A stretch of DNA of 64,000 nucleotides, taken from assembly GCA_016867715.1 (NCBI GenBank), contig VGIW01000006.1:233-64232 (forward strand). The letters are read 5' to 3'. Within the stretch, counting starts at the first letter, position 1; every line of letters starts with the position of its first letter. The position numbers were made by a program, and so were the translations under genes. Source of the stretch: Candidatus Eiseniibacteriota bacterium. GTDB taxonomy: Bacteria > Orphanbacterota > Orphanbacteria > Orphanbacterales > Orphanbacteraceae. Below the pieces are notes generated by a model. That model was not told the origin of the DNA and searched no databases. It saw nothing but the letters and a program-made list of their open reading frames with translations. This document shows, piece after piece, positions 9,275 through 19,975 of the stretch.

Positions 9275-9637
9275 TTGAAGCTGAACCGGGGGGAGAGAGA
9301 CGGGGTCGTGATCCTCGACCTCGAGGGGAAGGTTCTCGGCGGGGAGGAGTCGGAGGTTCTACGCCAGGCGATCGACCGCGCGGTGAGGGAGAAGACGCCG
9401 GCGCTCCTTCTCGATCTTCGGGGGGTTCCCTGGCTCAACAGCTCGGGGCTCGGCATCCTGCTCTCCGGATATCTTCGCCTCAAGGAGGAGGGGGGAGAGC
9501 TGAAGTTCCTGCGCCCGGCGGAACGCGTCCAGGGGATTCTCGCCACGACCAAGCTCATCCATGTCCTCGAGGTGTTCGATGATGAGGAGAAGGCCGTTCG
9601 AAGCTTCATCCGAAGAGGATCCGAATCGGTCCCATAG
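9275..9637 (+). CDS. STAS-domain anti-sigma-factor antagonist (SpoIIAA/RsbV-like)
   Basis: VILDLEG.VLGG.ES..L...I......ALLLDLRGVPWLNSSGLGILLSGY.RLKEEGGELKFL.P...V..IL..TKL..VLEVF. The tracked ATG at 9242 lies inside the tRNA-Arg, so the TTG at 9275 was chosen. The start is uncertain. Confidence 0.7.
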   Translation: MKLNRGERDGVVILDLEGKVLGGEESEVLRQAIDRAVREKTPALLLDLRGVPWLNSSGLGILLSGYLRLKEEGGELKFLRPAERVQGILATTKLIHVLEVFDDEEKAVRSFIRRGSESVP

Positions 9638-9860
9638 ACCCTCCAGCCCGCTTGCGGCGTGGATCCGCCTCGTGCTCTTCCTCGCGGGGGCCGGCATGCT
9701 CGCCTACGCTCTTGTTTTATATGTTAAGGTGATTCACCCCCACCTCCCCAGGTCCCCGCTCCGCCCGCTTCTTCCCGGGGTGTTCCTCCTCGCGGCGATC
9801 TGGTTCCTCTGGGGGGCTTTCAAGGAGATCCGAAGAACGCGCGGAAACGCCGGCCGATGA
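9561..9860 (+). CDS. Possible small two-TM membrane protein (start uncertain; could begin at GTG 9672)
   Basis: Two hydrophobic spans are present (WIRLVLFLAGAGMLAYALVLYV and LLPGVFLLAAIWFLWGAF). The ORF contains an AT-rich patch with rare codons (GTT TTA TAT GTT AAG) and has no recognisable homology. Confidence 0.25.
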   Translation: MSSRCSMMRRRPFEASSEEDPNRSHRPSSPLAAWIRLVLFLAGAGMLAYALVLYVKVIHPHLPRSPLRPLLPGVFLLAAIWFLWGAFKEIRRTRGNAGR

Positions 9861-10076
9861 TCGGAGCCCGATCCGAGATCCGCGGCGCGCCGGTCGCCCC
9901 CGCCGTGCGCCCCGGGGGCGGGGGAGAGGGCGGCTCCAGAAGAGCGCCCGGCGAGTCGAGAAGAAGGGGTAGAAGATCCCGCGGGGCGCTGCGGCCGCGC
10001 GCGGAAGACCGCGGAGCGCGGGAAGCAAAAGGCGGAAAGGATGCGGCGCGGAGCCGCTCCCCCGTTAGGTGATGGT

Positions 10077-11372
10077 ATGACGCTCAAGGAAAAGCTGCAG
10101 GCTCGCGAGGCGAAGGTGGGCGTGATCGGCCTCGGGTATGTCGGCCTCCCGCTGGCGATCGAGTTCGCCCGCGCCGGCTTCTCGGTCACGGGGATCGACA
10201 CGAACGAGAAGAAGATCGCGCTCCTTCGCGAGGGACAATCGTACGTGCGCGACGTTCCGGACGCGGACGTGCGGGAGGCGGTCCGCGCGGGACGGCTCCA
10301 CGCGACGACCGATTTCGACCGGTTGTCCGATCTCGACAGCATCAACATCTGCGTTCCGACCCCCCTCAGCAAGACCGGCGACCCGGATATCTCCCACATC
10401 CACGCGGCGGTCCATGAGATTCAGTCGCGCCTCCGCGCGGATCGGCTCGTCATCCTCGACAGCACGACCTATCCGGGCACCACCGAGGAGGTGATCCTCC
10501 CGATCCTCTCCTCGGGGGGACTTCATGTCGGCAAGGACTTCTATCTGGCCTTCTCTCCCGAGCGGGTCGACCCGGGGAACCCGATCTACAAGACACGCAA
10601 CATCCCGAAGGTCGTCGGCGGGGTCACGCCGGCCTGCACCGAACACGCGATGGCGCTCTACGGCGCCTGCATGGAACGCCTCGTCCCGGTCTCCTCGACG
10701 AAGGTGGCCGAGATGGTCAAGCTTCTCGAGAACACCTTTCGAAGCGTGAACATTGGGCTCGTCAATGAAATCGCTCTGATGAGCCACACCCTAGGGGTCA
10801 ACGTCTGGGAGGTGATCGACGCCGCGAGCACGAAGCCGTTCGGCTTCATGCCGTTCTATCCGGGACCCGGCCTCGGCGGCCACTGCATCCCGATCGATCC
10901 GTTCTACCTCTCCTGGAAGGCGCGCCAATACGGGTTCGAAGCCCGGTTCATCGAGCTCGCCGGCCAAATCAACGGGTTCATGCCGCACTTCGTCGTCTCC
11001 CGCGTGAGCGACGTCCTGAATGACCGGGAGAAGAGCCTGCGAGGGTCGAGAGTTCTCGTTCTCGGGGTTACGTACAAAGCGGACACCGACGACATCCGGG
11101 AGTCCCCCGCCCTCGACGTCATCTCCCTTCTGCTCCGAAAGGGGGCCCGGGTGGAGGCGTGCGACCCGCACCTCCTTCCGGAGGACGAGGCGGCGGTCGG
11201 GTGCCCGATCCGGGAGTTCTCCGCGGAGGCGCTGCGCGAGGCCGACGTCGCGGTCGTCGTCACGAACCACGCGGTTTTCGACTACGCGACGATCCTCAAG
11301 GAAAGCGCGGAGATTGTCGATACGAGGAATGCGTTCAAAGGCTTCTCGTCCAAGAAGATACACCTCCTCTAG
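10077..11372 (+). CDS. Nucleotide-sugar dehydrogenase (UDP-N-acetylhexosamine 6-dehydrogenase family, WbpA/TviB/WecC-like)
   Basis: KVGVIGLGYVGLPLAIEFA..GF.V.GID....K...L..G.SY..D...INICVPTPL...PD.S...GPGLGGHCIP.DP.YL.WK. Confidence 0.85.
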   Translation: MTLKEKLQAREAKVGVIGLGYVGLPLAIEFARAGFSVTGIDTNEKKIALLREGQSYVRDVPDADVREAVRAGRLHATTDFDRLSDLDSINICVPTPLSKTGDPDISHIHAAVHEIQSRLRADRLVILDSTTYPGTTEEVILPILSSGGLHVGKDFYLAFSPERVDPGNPIYKTRNIPKVVGGVTPACTEHAMALYGACMERLVPVSSTKVAEMVKLLENTFRSVNIGLVNEIALMSHTLGVNVWEVIDAASTKPFGFMPFYPGPGLGGHCIPIDPFYLSWKARQYGFEARFIELAGQINGFMPHFVVSRVSDVLNDREKSLRGSRVLVLGVTYKADTDDIRESPALDVISLLLRKGARVEACDPHLLPEDEAAVGCPIREFSAEALREADVAVVVTNHAVFDYATILKESAEIVDTRNAFKGFSSKKIHLL

Positions 11373-11423
11373 GGCTCGCGCGGCCCCTGGAGGAACCCGC
11401 GGGGGCCCCGCGCCGGAGTGAGG

Positions 11424-12404
11424 ATGTCCAGATACCTGATCACGGGAGGGGCCGGGTTCATCGGGTCCCATCTCGTCCGGGCGTTCGCCCGAGACGCCGA
11501 ATGGGTCCGGGTTCTCGACGACTTCTCCACGGGCCGAATGGAAAACCTCCGGGGAGCGGGGGAGAGGGTCGAGATCGTCCGAGGGGATCTTCGGGACCTC
11601 GATACGGTCCGCCGCGCCGCCCGGGGGGCCGAGTACGTTCTTCATCACGCGGCGGTCGTCTCCGTCCCCCTCTCGATCGCCGACCCGATCCGGACGAACG
11701 ACGTGAACGTCGGCGGGACGATGAACGTCCTTCTCGCCGCGCGCGAGGAACGGGCGAAACGGGTCGTCTTCGCCTCCTCCACCGCCGTCTACGGCAACTC
11801 GGACCGCCTCCCGAAGCGCGAGGAGGATCCGTGCCACCCCTTCTCTCCCTACGCGGCCACCAAGCGGGTCGGCGAGGTGTACGGGGATCTCTTCCACCGT
11901 CTCTGGGACGTCCCGTTCGTCGCGCTCCGCTACTTCAACGTCTTCGGCCCGGGGCAGGACGAGAACTCCCCCTACGCCGCCGCGATCCCGCTCTTCATCC
12001 GGGCGCTCCTCCGCGGGGAGACGCCCGTGATCTACGGAGACGGCAGGCAGACGCGCGATTTCGTTTACATCGAAGATGTCATACAGGCGAACCGTCTCGC
12101 TCTGCATTGTCCAAATGCCGTCGGTCATGTATTCAATATTGCAAACGGCATCGAAATCGATCTCAATCATCTGGTCGCCGTGTTGGGCCGGTTGATCGGA
12201 TCCCTCCGGAAGCCCCGCTATGCCGAGCCGCGGCCGGGAGACATCCACCGCTCCCTCGCCGACATCCGGCTCGCCCGCGAGGTCCTCGGCTTCGCCCCGG
12301 CGGTCGGTCTCGAGGAGGGGCTTCTCCGCACGATCGAATGGTACCGGGAAGCGCGGAGCGAGGAGCCCGCGCGCTCCCCGCGGCGGGAGGAGGGACGCGG
12401 ATGA
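11424..12404 (+). CDS. NAD-dependent sugar-nucleotide 4-epimerase/dehydratase (SDR; WbpP/TviC-like)
   Basis: YLITGGAGFIGSHLV...ASSTAVYG....LPK.E......SPYAATK..GE.Y...RYFNVFGPGQD. GGAG RBS 5 nt before the ATG at 11424. Confidence 0.85.
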   Translation: MSRYLITGGAGFIGSHLVRAFARDAEWVRVLDDFSTGRMENLRGAGERVEIVRGDLRDLDTVRRAARGAEYVLHHAAVVSVPLSIADPIRTNDVNVGGTMNVLLAAREERAKRVVFASSTAVYGNSDRLPKREEDPCHPFSPYAATKRVGEVYGDLFHRLWDVPFVALRYFNVFGPGQDENSPYAAAIPLFIRALLRGETPVIYGDGRQTRDFVYIEDVIQANRLALHCPNAVGHVFNIANGIEIDLNHLVAVLGRLIGSLRKPRYAEPRPGDIHRSLADIRLAREVLGFAPAVGLEEGLLRTIEWYREARSEEPARSPRREEGRG

Positions 12405-13526
12405 GCCCTTCGCGCCGCCCAGCGCTCGCCGAGCGCGTCCGGACCGAGCCGCCGCTGATCGACGCCCTCCACGTGGGGATCCTCGTGTTCGACCCGAGCG
12501 GGCGGCTTCTCGACATCAACCGGCAGGCGGCCTCTCTCTTGGAGATCCCGCGGGAGGCCGAACCGGAGGCCGTTCGGTCCGGCGAGCTTCCGCCCGGGAG
12601 CGTCGTGACGCTCGTCGCCGAGAAGACCCTGCGCGACCGCCGTCCGGTGCCGGAGACGATCGGTCCTCTCCTCGGGGACGGAAGCAACCGTCTCGCGCGC
12701 TGCACGAGCTCCGCGGTCCGCGACGCCGCCGGAAAGATCCTGGCGTTCGTCCTGGAGTTCCAGGACGTCACCGCGGTCGTCCGAATGGAGCAGGAGGTTC
12801 GTCAGCTCGACCGTCTCGCGACCGTCGGACGCTTCGCGTCGGCGATCGCCCACGAAATCCGCAACCCGCTCACCGGAATCTACGCGGGCGTTCAGTTTCT
12901 CGAGAAGACGCTTCCCGAAGGAAACGAGCAGCAGAAGATGACCTTTCGGATCGTGCGCGAAGAGGTCGAGCGGCTGAACCGGATCGTCGAGGACATGCTC
13001 GGATCCGCGCGGCCTCCGGTCCCTCGCTTTGAGAATGCCGACCCGAACGCGCTCGCGCGGAAGGCGTGCCGTCTTCTGGAGGAAGAGGGGAGGAGGCGCT
13101 CCGTCCGCATCGTGTTCCGGTGCGATGAGACGCTCCCCCCGATCCGTCTCGATCCGGATCTCATCGAGCAGGTCCTCCTCAACCTGGGGCGGAACGCGAT
13201 CGAGGCGAGCCCGGACGGGGGAGAGGTTCTCCTGGAGACCTCCGCCTCGCAAGGATCGCCATTGAGGGGCGCGATTCCCTGCGTCGGCGGGCCCGGCGTC
13301 GAGTTCCGCGTGAGCGACCAGGGGCCGGGGGTCGCCCCGGGGGAGAGGGAAAGGATCTTCGAGCCGTTCCGGACCTCCAAGAAGCGCGGCACCGGGCTCG
13401 GGCTCTACATCTCGTTCCAGATCATGGAGAGGCACGGGGGAGCTCTCTGGCTTCGCACTGAGGGGGGGAAGGGGGCGGAGTTCTCCGCCTGGGTCCCCTA
13501 TCGGATCCCCGGGGAAGGACCGGCCA

Positions 13527-13546
<20 letters not shown>
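12401..13546 (+). CDS. PAS-sensor histidine kinase (NtrB/AtoS-like, cytoplasmic)
   Basis: ATGA overlap with the epimerase stop. A PAS-like N-terminus is followed by the H-box LATVGRFASAIAHEIRNPLTGI, an N-box (LLNLGRNAIEA), G1 (VSDQGPGV) and G2 (GTGLGLYIS). Confidence 0.85.
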
Positions 13547-14936
<1,390 letters not shown>

Positions 14937-15615
14937 TCCCGTTCCCCGCGTCCGCCGTTCTTCTCGCGGCTCTTCTCGCGACTCTTGCCTGCGGGTACGG
15001 GCTCTCCGCCCGAACGAACCCGCACATCCGCACGATCGCGGTCCCGCTCTTCCAGAACGACACGCTCGAAAAGGGGATCGAGGAGAAGCTGACCGCGGAC
15101 ATCATCGATGTCCTGCAGGAGAACCGGGCTCTCACCCTCACGAACGAGCGGAACGCCGACTCGGTCCTTCTCGGCAAGATCATCGAATACCAGCGCACGC
15201 CCTCGTCCTACGACCAGAGCGAGAACGTGCAGGAGTACAAGGTCACGATCATCCTCGCCGTCGACTACGAGGATCGCGTCAAGCGTCGCACGCTCTGGAG
15301 CGAGCCGCGCCTCCTCGGTTGGTCGACCTACTTCGTCGTCCCGACCCCCGGCCACGAGGCGGAGGAAGAGGAGGACGCTCAGGCCCGCGCGATCCGCAAG
15401 CTCGCCGAGGACATCAAGACCCGCACCGTCGAGGGCTGGTAGGCTCGCGCCCCCCGCACGTCATCTCTCCAGACGTCTTTCCCCGCGAGCGCTCCCGGCC
15501 TCCAGTACTATCGCCTCGCCGAAATCCGCTTCTCGTCCCGAGGCACCCCCTGGCATCCCCCGGCGGGGGGGAAGATCCTCTTGCCACCATCGGCCCCCGG
15601 GAGCCTATCCACCGT

Positions 15616-15688
15616 GTTTCCACACCACCCGCAGGTTTACATAATATCGATTATGCGACATACAAGATCGGGTCGATCCTGTGGATAA
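15616..15688. promoter_or_regulatory. AT-rich island flanked by one perfect and one near-consensus DnaA box in inverted orientation
   Basis: GTTTCCACA at 15616-15624 (8/9 to TTWTNCACA) and TGTGGATAA at 15680-15688 (reverse complement of TTATCCACA) bracket TTTACATAATATCGATTATGCGACATACAAG. They lie inside a 475-bp gene-free convergent spacer. Confidence 0.25.
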
Positions 15689-15917
15689 CCGAGGGCGAGC
15701 CAAACGCGCCGCGACGGCGGGAAAGCGCGCGTGCGTGGGCTCTCGCCAAGCGAATCGTTGGGTTCTCGTAATGGATCGGGGGAGCGGCGGGCCGGACCCT
15801 CGCGCCTCCCTCCGGATGGATCACGCGGGATGTTCTCTCGGCCGAGCGCGGCAGGGTACGCCCGATCGCTCGATCGGACCGCGCGGCGTGAACGATCGAC
15901 GGAACGTGATCGAGCGA

Positions 15918-16619
15918 TCAGTTGGGAGCGGCGACGCCGGCCCGCGCGAAGTCGATCGCGGTTTTCAGAACATCGAGGTTTGCCTGATCGATCGGATCGA
16001 GCAGGGACGGATCGAGGGTTTCGAGCATCTCCGCCGCCTTCTCGACCTCTCCACCCTGGCGGTACGCGCGAGCCGCGGAGAACGCCATGTGGGCTCGGGC
16101 CGCGGCGGGCTCCTGGATCTGGGCAAGCTCCTCGTATGCGCGAGCCGCCTCCAGGGGACGACCGAGCCCCTCGGCGACCGAAGCGAGACCGGCCCGGGCA
16201 GCGAACCAGACCTCGCTTCTTTCCTTCGACTTCTCCAGCGCGAGACGATAGTGTCGGCCCGCTTCCTCCCAGCGGCTCATGTAGAAGTGGGCGTCCCCGG
16301 CGAGAAGCGCGGCGTAGGCGGCGTCCTTGTGGCGGGGGTGCGACTCGACGAACGCGGAAAGCTGGAAGGCGGCCTCCGAATAGTTCCCCGCCTGAAACAT
16401 CCCGGCCCCTCGGCTCAGCTGAAGGTTCACGTCTCGGCGGGAGCCGGCTTGAAAGCGAGTGAAGAGCGCGACGACCGCGAAGAGGAAGAGAATGCCCGCG
16501 ACGACGAGGGTCGCCTGGTTCTTGTGCCGCTGAAAGAAACCCGCGATCTGAAACGTCCGCGTGACGAACTGGTCTTCCTTCAGCTGGTGTTTTTTGATTC
16601 TTCCCGTTTTCGTGGCCAC
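15918..16619 (-). CDS. Membrane-anchored TPR protein (YfgM/YbgF-like)
   Basis: GTG start at 16619 after an AAAGGAG RBS. One TM span (LVVAGILFLFAVVALF), then TPR-like helices (AGNYSEAAFQLSAFV..., RWEEAGRHYRLAL, GRPLEAARAYEEL). Confidence 0.6.
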   Translation of the reverse strand: MATKTGRIKKHQLKEDQFVTRTFQIAGFFQRHKNQATLVVAGILFLFAVVALFTRFQAGSRRDVNLQLSRGAGMFQAGNYSEAAFQLSAFVESHPRHKDAAYAALLAGDAHFYMSRWEEAGRHYRLALEKSKERSEVWFAARAGLASVAEGLGRPLEAARAYEELAQIQEPAAARAHMAFSAARAYRQGGEVEKAAEMLETLDPSLLDPIDQANLDVLKTAIDFARAGVAAPN

Positions 16620-16765
16620 CGCAGCGCTCGCTCCTTTCGGTTGTCGTGACTGGGGAACGCTATCACAGGAAGCCGAATCGGGCAACCCGATCTCTCGGGC
16701 GGGTGGCGGGACCGGGGAACGCCGGCACTCCTCCGAGGTCGCGGGAGGGCGCATCGCGATTCCGC

Positions 16766-16795
16766 TTGACATCTCGTCGTGCATCTCCTTAGCAT
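16766..16795 (+). promoter_or_regulatory. Sigma-70-type promoter candidate for the SpoIIE-type phosphatase gene
   Basis: TTGACA-18 nt-TAGCAT, about 75 nt upstream of the ATG at 16871. Confidence 0.45.
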
Positions 16796-16870
16796 TTCGA
16801 CACTTCGCCTGAGTGGGACGACGAGTGGGCTGCGGCCCGCGCGGGCCGCGAGCGGCGAAGGGAGGGGACT

Positions 16871-19399
16871 ATGGACGAAGTCCGCCGGCCCCGAGGCGGC
16901 ATCCTTCATCTTCTTCTCCTCCTTCTCTTCCCCCTTCTTCTCCTCTATGCCCTGCTCAGCTTCCTCGCGCTCGGACGCGCTCCCGACTTCGGGATGTCGC
17001 AGCGCCTTTTCGAGATCACGAAGATCGTCCCGAACGGTCCGGCCGCGCGCGCCGGCTTCCGTCTCGGAGACCGCGTCGAGAGCGTGAACGGCATCCCCGT
17101 GGGCGAGACGGTCCGTCTCTTCAAAGACCACGGGCGGATTCGTTCGGGACACACGGTCGCGTTCACGGTCCGACGAGGGAGCGAGACCCTCGACCTCTCC
17201 GTCACGGCCGGTGAGAAGCTCCGCGTGGAGAGGCTCCGCGATCTCGCCCGAACGGTCGTCGGTCTTTGCTTTCTTCTCGTCGGTCTCGTCGTCTACAGGA
17301 ACCGCGCGGACACGGCCGCGACCGCGTTCTACCTGGTGGGCGTTCTTTTCGCGTTCTCCCTCATCGAGCCCCCCGCGACCGGAGATGTCCGCGTGCAGGC
17401 GCTCATCAAGATTGCCCGAGACGCTTCGGTTCTCTTCCTCCCCCCTCTTTTCCTCCAGTTCGTTCTTCTTTTTCCCCACGAGAAGAAGATCCCGAGGCGG
17501 CTCTTCCTTCTCCGTCCGATCCGCATGCGGGGACGCACGCTTCTCCGCTTCCCCCTTCACGCGGTCAGCCTTGCGATCTTCGCGGCGACCGCGCTGATCA
17601 CCTTCCGGATCTACACGACCGGCCGGATGAACCCGGGGCTCCTCTCGCTCTTTCAGCTCCTCGCCGCGTTCTACCTCATGCTCTGCTTCGTCGGCGGCGT
17701 GGCCGCGTTCATCCATAGCTACGCGCACACCGCGAACCTCGAGATGCGGAAGAAGCTGCGCGGTGTTCTTCTCGGAACGACCGCGGCCCTCCTCCCGATC
17801 GGCGTGTACAGCGCGCTCCGCCAAGTAAACACCGGCTGGGAAGTCCGATGGGACCCGGTCCTCACGCTCCTCGTGGCTCTCCTCCCGCTCAGCTTCGGTC
17901 ACGCGATCATTCGGTATCGGCTGCTCGACTTCGAGCTGATTCTGAAGAGGGGGGTCTTCTACACGCTCCTTACGGCGTTTCTGGCGACCGTCTATCTCGT
18001 CCTGGTCGATCTCGCGAGCCGCGTCCTCCGGGGCCTCGTCGCGGGAAGCGACATCCCCGCCACCCTCCTCTCGCTCTTCTTCATCGCCCTTCTCTTCTCT
18101 CCGGCCCGAGACGCGATCCAGAAATGGGTCGATCGAACGTTTTATCGTGAAAAATACGAACATCGAAAGACCCTCCACGAGTTCAGCGCGGCCCTCACGA
18201 CGATTCTCGATCGGGAGACCTTGCTCCGGCTCCTCGTCGACCGGATCTCCTCCGCGCTTCATATTCCGAAGGTCGCCGTCTTCCTCCGCGATCCGAAATC
18301 GAAGGGGCTCCTCCTTCGGGCGGAGACCGGGCCGGGAGCGCTCGACGGGGGGAGCGCCCTCTTCGCGGGAGCCGAGGGACCGCGGCTTCCCGACTTCCTC
18401 CGCGAGCAAGCGGGCGTCCTTCCGATCGAGCGGATCGCGGCCGGAGGATCGGGGTGGCTCACGGACGCGGAGCGGGACGAGCTCCGGAGGCTGGACACCT
18501 CCCTCCTCCTCCCTCTCGTCTCGGGAGAGGAGACGGTCGGGATCATCTCCCTCGGGCGGAAGCGTTCCGGAGAGCTCTACTCGCACGAGGACCGGCAGCT
18601 TCTCAAGACGCTCGCGAACCAGGCGGCCCTCGCGATCGAGAACTCCGATCTCCACCACAGCGTGATCGAGAAGGAGAAGATGGAGCGGGAGCTCCGTCTC
18701 GCCCGCGAGATCCAGCTCGGGTTCCTTCCGCGCCGCGCGCCCGAGCTTGCGGAGGTCGCCATCGGCGCGCTCAACGCTCCCTGCCGCACGATCGGAGGAG
18801 ATTACTACGACTTCCTCGTCACGCGCCCGCGCGGACTCGGCATCGCGATCGCGGACGCCGCGGGGCACGGCGTCCCCGCCGCCCTCCTCATGGCGAACCT
18901 CCAGGCGACGTTTCGGGTCGAGGCGCTCACGCACTCCTCCCCCGCGGAGGTCCTCTGCCGCGTAAACGCCTTCGCCGCTCGCCAGAGCCAGGAATCCCAC
19001 TTCGTGACCTGCTTCTACGGCCTCATCGACCTTCGGAGCGGCATGTTCCGGTTCGCGAACGCGGGGCACATCCCGCCGCTCCTCGTCGGGGCGGACGGCT
19101 CCTGCCGCCGGCTCGAGGACTCGGATCTCCTCCTTGGCGTCGAGGACGGGATCGTCTACCGCGAGCACGCGGTCGACCTCTCGCCGGGAGATCTTCTCGT
19201 GCTGCACACGGACGGGGTGACGGACGAGCCGAACCGGAACGACGAGAGCTTCGGCTCGAAACGGTTCGAGGAGTGTGTCGTCGCGAACCGCCGTCTCGAC
19301 CCTTCGGATCTTTGCAGTCTCATTCTTCGAAACGTCATGGAGTTCATGGGGGGCGAGCCGGGCGACGACATCACGCTCGTCGCCGTCCGCTACTTGTAG
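16871..19399 (+). CDS. PDZ - multi-TM - GAF - PP2C (SpoIIE/RsbU-type) serine phosphatase
   Basis: N-terminal TM span, then PDZ (IVPNGPAARAGFRLGDRVESVNGIPV) and about 8 hydrophobic spans. A GAF-like segment follows (IPKVAVFLRDPKSKGLLL...GIISLGRKRSGELYSHEDRQLL). The PP2C domain reads LAREIQLGFLP...IGGDYYDF...IADAAGHGVPAALLMA...FANAGHIPPLL...HTDGVTDEPN.... Confidence 0.85.
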   Translation: MDEVRRPRGGILHLLLLLLFPLLLLYALLSFLALGRAPDFGMSQRLFEITKIVPNGPAARAGFRLGDRVESVNGIPVGETVRLFKDHGRIRSGHTVAFTVRRGSETLDLSVTAGEKLRVERLRDLARTVVGLCFLLVGLVVYRNRADTAATAFYLVGVLFAFSLIEPPATGDVRVQALIKIARDASVLFLPPLFLQFVLLFPHEKKIPRRLFLLRPIRMRGRTLLRFPLHAVSLAIFAATALITFRIYTTGRMNPGLLSLFQLLAAFYLMLCFVGGVAAFIHSYAHTANLEMRKKLRGVLLGTTAALLPIGVYSALRQVNTGWEVRWDPVLTLLVALLPLSFGHAIIRYRLLDFELILKRGVFYTLLTAFLATVYLVLVDLASRVLRGLVAGSDIPATLLSLFFIALLFSPARDAIQKWVDRTFYREKYEHRKTLHEFSAALTTILDRETLLRLLVDRISSALHIPKVAVFLRDPKSKGLLLRAETGPGALDGGSALFAGAEGPRLPDFLREQAGVLPIERIAAGGSGWLTDAERDELRRLDTSLLLPLVSGEETVGIISLGRKRSGELYSHEDRQLLKTLANQAALAIENSDLHHSVIEKEKMERELRLAREIQLGFLPRRAPELAEVAIGALNAPCRTIGGDYYDFLVTRPRGLGIAIADAAGHGVPAALLMANLQATFRVEALTHSSPAEVLCRVNAFAARQSQESHFVTCFYGLIDLRSGMFRFANAGHIPPLLVGADGSCRRLEDSDLLLGVEDGIVYREHAVDLSPGDLLVLHTDGVTDEPNRNDESFGSKRFEECVVANRRLDPSDLCSLILRNVMEFMGGEPGDDITLVAVRYL

Positions 19400-19558
19400 C
19401 GCGGCCGTCCCCCGCGCCTCCCCGCGACGACCGGGCGCCCAACCCAGGCGGGAAATCAACCGTTCGGTCAAGAAACGAGCATCTCGTCCACTTCTCTCCG
19501 CGCATCGCCTTCGACGTAATTCCCGCGTTTTCCGTCAGTTCGCGAGAATCACGCGGTT

Positions 19559-19574
19559 TGGCATCCAACATGCG
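19559..19574 (+). promoter_or_regulatory. Sigma-54 -24/-12-like element in an orphan spacer
   Basis: TGGCAT-CCAAC-ATGCG with correct GG-N10-GC spacing. It has the same TGGCAT..ATGC form as the element at 25440-25455 and lies ~180 nt upstream of a strongly RBS-preceded small ORF. Confidence 0.35.
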
Positions 19575-19750
19575 AAAGAAAGACCGCGCGGCGCAAGGCC
19601 TCTTACGAAAATCGGGATCCTGCCGATTCTTGGAGCGGACCGTGCCGCGGGCTTCGGGCCAGAGAACGATCGAAACCCCGAAGGGGGTGAGGCCTATGGA
19701 CAGCACGAGGCGATCCTCGATTCCCTGAGAAACGGGAAAGGAGGTGACCC

Positions 19751-19810
19751 GTGCTCCCGTTCCTGTTCACGTTCTGGGCGCTTTCGGACATTTTCTACTG
19801 GATGCACTAG
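19751..19810 (+). CDS. Candidate 19-aa hydrophobic/aromatic micro-protein
   Basis: AAAGGAGGTGA RBS 6 nt before the GTG. The peptide is (M)LPFLFTFWALSDIFYWMH and is followed by a GGTTCGG..CCGAACC hairpin. No homology recognised. Confidence 0.3.
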   Translation: MLPFLFTFWALSDIFYWMH

Positions 19811-19873
19811 GAAGGGTTCGGCGGAGCATCCGAACCCGCCTCAAGGGGGTCTCCGGTGAGATACTGGGCAGCC

Positions 19874-19975
19874 ATGATCGGAATCAGCATCCTCGGGTTG
19901 CTGAGCATGGGCTCCGGGCTGTGGCACTGGTTCGCACGAGGCTTTCCAGGGAACTCAGCCGGGCTTCTCTTCTAG
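19874..19975 (+). CDS. Candidate 33-aa single-TM micro-protein
   Basis: MIGISILGLLSMGSGLWHWFARGFPGNSAGLLF. The RBS is weak and the stop overlaps the stop of the convergent ORF (CTAG). Confidence 0.2.
   Translation: MIGISILGLLSMGSGLWHWFARGFPGNSAGLLF

Noticed and set aside
15616-15688. The chromosomal replication origin (oriC).
   Set aside because: There are only two DnaA-box-like sequences, no dnaA/dnaN/gidA-type neighbours, and no cluster of at least 4 boxes or obvious 13-mer-type unwinding repeats. It is reported only as a possible DnaA-binding or regulatory site.
16580-19471. A 963-aa ORF on the minus strand, the second-longest ORF in this region.
   Set aside because: It lies exactly antisense to the PDZ-TM-GAF-PP2C gene, which has clear domain motifs. 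Its product is Arg/Glu/Asp/Gly/Pro-rich low complexity with no motif. This is the typical stop-codon-poor shadow frame of high-GC DNA.
19922-19936. TGGCAC-TGGT-TCGCA, which resembles a sigma-54 promoter.
   Set aside because: The GG-to-GC spacing is one nucleotide too short. It lies inside the 33-codon micro-ORF and has nothing downstream on that strand.
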